A stretch of DNA of 64,000 nt from assembly GCA_965644295.1 (NCBI GenBank), contig CBFFRP010000363.1:620001-684000 (forward strand), in the 5' to 3' direction. Made by a program: the position numbers and the translations under genes. Source of the stretch: Paraphysomonas bandaiensis (Eukaryota; Protista; Chrysophyceae). Positions 61,615 to 64,000 of the stretch are shown here, in pieces. The notes beneath the pieces were generated by a model. That model was not told where the DNA came from. It saw only the letters and a program-made list of their open reading frames with translations, and searched no databases. How positions within the stretch are numbered: position 1 is the first letter of the stretch; the number at the start of each line of letters is the position of its first letter.

Positions 61615-63119
61615 CTACCAGAACTTAGAGCTAGTTATGAGAGCAACTTTCTGAGCGCTGAACTGTGGTTGCGAATCATAGGCCTTTTGCAATCGACTGC
61701 TACACTCTTCACGGGACCGCATTCTGCGGCTCTCCAATAGTCTCTTACGAGATCCGTTATGTGGCCCCACAAGTGTACGAGCAGTCATCGGTATGGCGGA
61801 GGTAGAGGTCCAAGCATTTGCGACCGACTTGTCTGTAAAGAAGTTGTGCTTGATGATGTCGTGGTCAACAGACTCCATGCAGCTTAGCATCTCTTCTGAG
61901 CTTCGTCCTCGTAGTGAGTCCTCAACTTGCTTCAAAGTATTTAATGTACGCTCAAAGTTATTCGCGGTTTCTAGTGCCCGTACATTCTCTTTATGAGTGG
62001 CGTTTGCAATCTTTGGGCCAAATACATGGCTGTTGTCGCGATGTTTCTTGAAGAACTCGTCAGCGATCACATGCTGGGCCACCTTCTTTTCATAGGGGTC
62101 AATGAGCCCATTCCCATCAAAATCAAAGCGCTTCGCAAGACGATAGTCATCCTGACTTACGTAGCCATCGCCATCCTGTTAATCACCCATAACTGTAAGA
62201 TTATTGTTGTGTATATAATATTATAAAATACTGCCACATAGATTGCACGAATATAGACAAGCGGCCACAATGATAGTACAAACCCCCTCTATGTAGTAGT
62301 GCAGTCATTGCAATCAAATACAAACTACACTGACACAATATGCTACTAATACAATGGTAGCAAGGGTGCAATTTCATTAGCACGAGGGTACCAATATCTT
62401 AGAGGTGCCACATGTCCTGCACATTGCGGCAGAACTTACGATATCATAGCTTCTATGAGGAATGGATGCAGATTTTATCTGCTTCAACAGTTCTGTTCTC
62501 GTCTTGCACCTTGCAAAGTTGTTCACCTTCGGGTCAAGGAATACAGATCTGTTTGGATACTCCATAGAAGCCCGTGGACGAGAAAAAGGATTAAATTGAT
62601 TCATCACCTCATCGTCTTCTCTCTGTTGCCTGCGTTTTTCCGTTTCAGACATCTGCCGAACCCTGGGAAGTATTTCATTCTATAGCACGCATCACCACTA
62701 TCACATCCATGTAACAATAAATTGATATAAGTCTTACTGTGGGCAGGTCTGAAAGCGGGGTCATCGCACGTGCACGAGAACTGCCGATCGCACTCTGACT
62801 TCGACTGCTATACATTGATTCTACAGGAATGTAGGTTCTACCGCTAGTGGTTCTTGTTTTATCTATCGGTGATGTCAACGACTGTATACAAAATTGAGGG
62901 GGTCGGATGTAATCATAAGATGCAGGTGCATACCATGCCGTTTAGCTGTCTTCCTGGGTCTTGCCGACCGGAGTTTCGCGGTACAGAGCTTCTGGCACTC
63001 AGAGGTGTAACTTTGGTTTTCCTTGATGAATTATGTGAACTCACTGGTGAAGTGATCTCTTGTGCATTTGAGGACGAGTTGATTCGACCGGATGGGGTGC
63101 GTGCCCGTCTCGGTATCAT
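61615..63119 (-). CDS. EF-hand domain protein (about 4 exons)
   Basis: Splicing joins SYDI to DGDGYVSQDDYRLAKRFDFDGNGLIDPYEKKVAQHV, giving two EF-hand-like loops; Ser/Arg-rich N-terminus; start codon uncertain. Confidence 0.75.
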
Positions 63120-63733
63120 TCCACTCAATGGTAAGAGCCGCTATCAGCGGCAGATCGATACTAGGTGCATACTATTGTAGCGCCTCCTTATTCCAACTAT
63201 CGAACTTGCACTTGCTACGATATAAGTGACTCCTCGCAGTTAAGGTGTGCGGTGTATACAGTGAACCTCGTTGCAGTTATCATCAGCGCCTGTATGATAT
63301 AGTATAGTATGATATCTACGGTGCGTGTGTATCATCACACTGCTGTCATGGTGTTCATTGTAGATTCGTACTGTATTCCGGTATTATGAGTGATGGTACA
63401 TTCAAAGAAACACGTAGCTAGGAATTCCTAGTACAGAAAAGAAAACGGTCGAAATACTACACTGTACAAAGTTCAAGGCGATGTAAAAATCCATGGGTTT
63501 TAAAAAAATAAATAATTTCTAATTGATCGAAAGTATGAAAATCTGTGAAAATTGAATATTGGTCGTATGTACTTAGTATGTAGTATGTTGTATTCTGTTT
63601 GATGTCATGAGACCGGGCGCCTGTACAGCAAGAAAAAAAGTTCCGTACGTATCGGCAGTCAGCATCTTATAATATATAGTGTGTGCTCGTCCGTTTACGC
63701 TGATCTACGAAATCTAGTAGGAATTCCTACATA

Positions 63734-63920
63734 GAGACGTTTTTTGACAAAGTGGACCAGCCCTCCACTTGTCGGACTGTATTTGGTCCCACTCGAAATA
63801 AAAAAATTGTGGTCATTTTGACCACAATTTCAAAGCTCTACACTCACATTCCATACGAAAAAATACAATACAAAAAAATAAAGTGGGACCAGACTGGTCC
63901 GCTTTGTCGAAAAACGTCTC
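63734..63920. mobile_element. 187-bp MITE with GAG..CTC termini and 4-bp flanking duplication CATA (Sola-like)
   Basis: TIR GAGACGTTTTT[T/C]GACAAAG[T/C]GGACCAG; CATA at 63730-63733 and 63921-63924; internal inverted repeats. Confidence 0.7.
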
Positions 63921-64000
63921 CATAGTTGAAGGCACAGTAGTGTACATATGTACATATGCTTCCATATACCAGGTATACAGGTACAAAAGTACGTACGACG

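Noticed and set aside
63418-63730. TAGGAATTCCTA palindromes at both ends (also near 35873), possible MITE
   Set aside because: Inverted similarity barely extends beyond the palindrome itself and there is no clear TSD

Overview
This is eukaryotic nuclear DNA with short GT-AG introns (about 43-70 nt) from a flagellated protist. A stramenopile/ochrophyte origin is an inference from gene content and sequence style only. Host genes: an AA15-like lytic polysaccharide monooxygenase, a coiled-coil protein, a DUF1294 protein, an outer-dynein-arm docking subunit (ODAD1/CCDC114-like), a LEA-like protein, SBDS, a secreted nucleoside hydrolase, a Baeyer-Villiger monooxygenase, SAC3/GANP with a 60-bp FG-rich repeat, indoleamine 2,3-dioxygenase, VPS53, an unknown ORF, an apparently ER-resident JmjC oxygenase and an EF-hand protein. 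Mobile DNA is abundant: an intact Ty1/copia element with identical 266-bp LTRs inserted in a minisatellite; three copies of one Mutator-like (MULE) family with TIRs and TSDs plus a fragment; hAT derivatives; and small MITEs. The most unusual structure is at 54656-59762, where one MULE is nested inside another of the same family. The inner element's transposase core is replaced by two abutting tandem arrays: a 23-bp palindromic minisatellite and 8 copies of a 152-bp unit that is the element's own SWIM zinc-finger exon plus an intron with intact splice signals. All calls come from reading the sequence by eye; no database searches were run.
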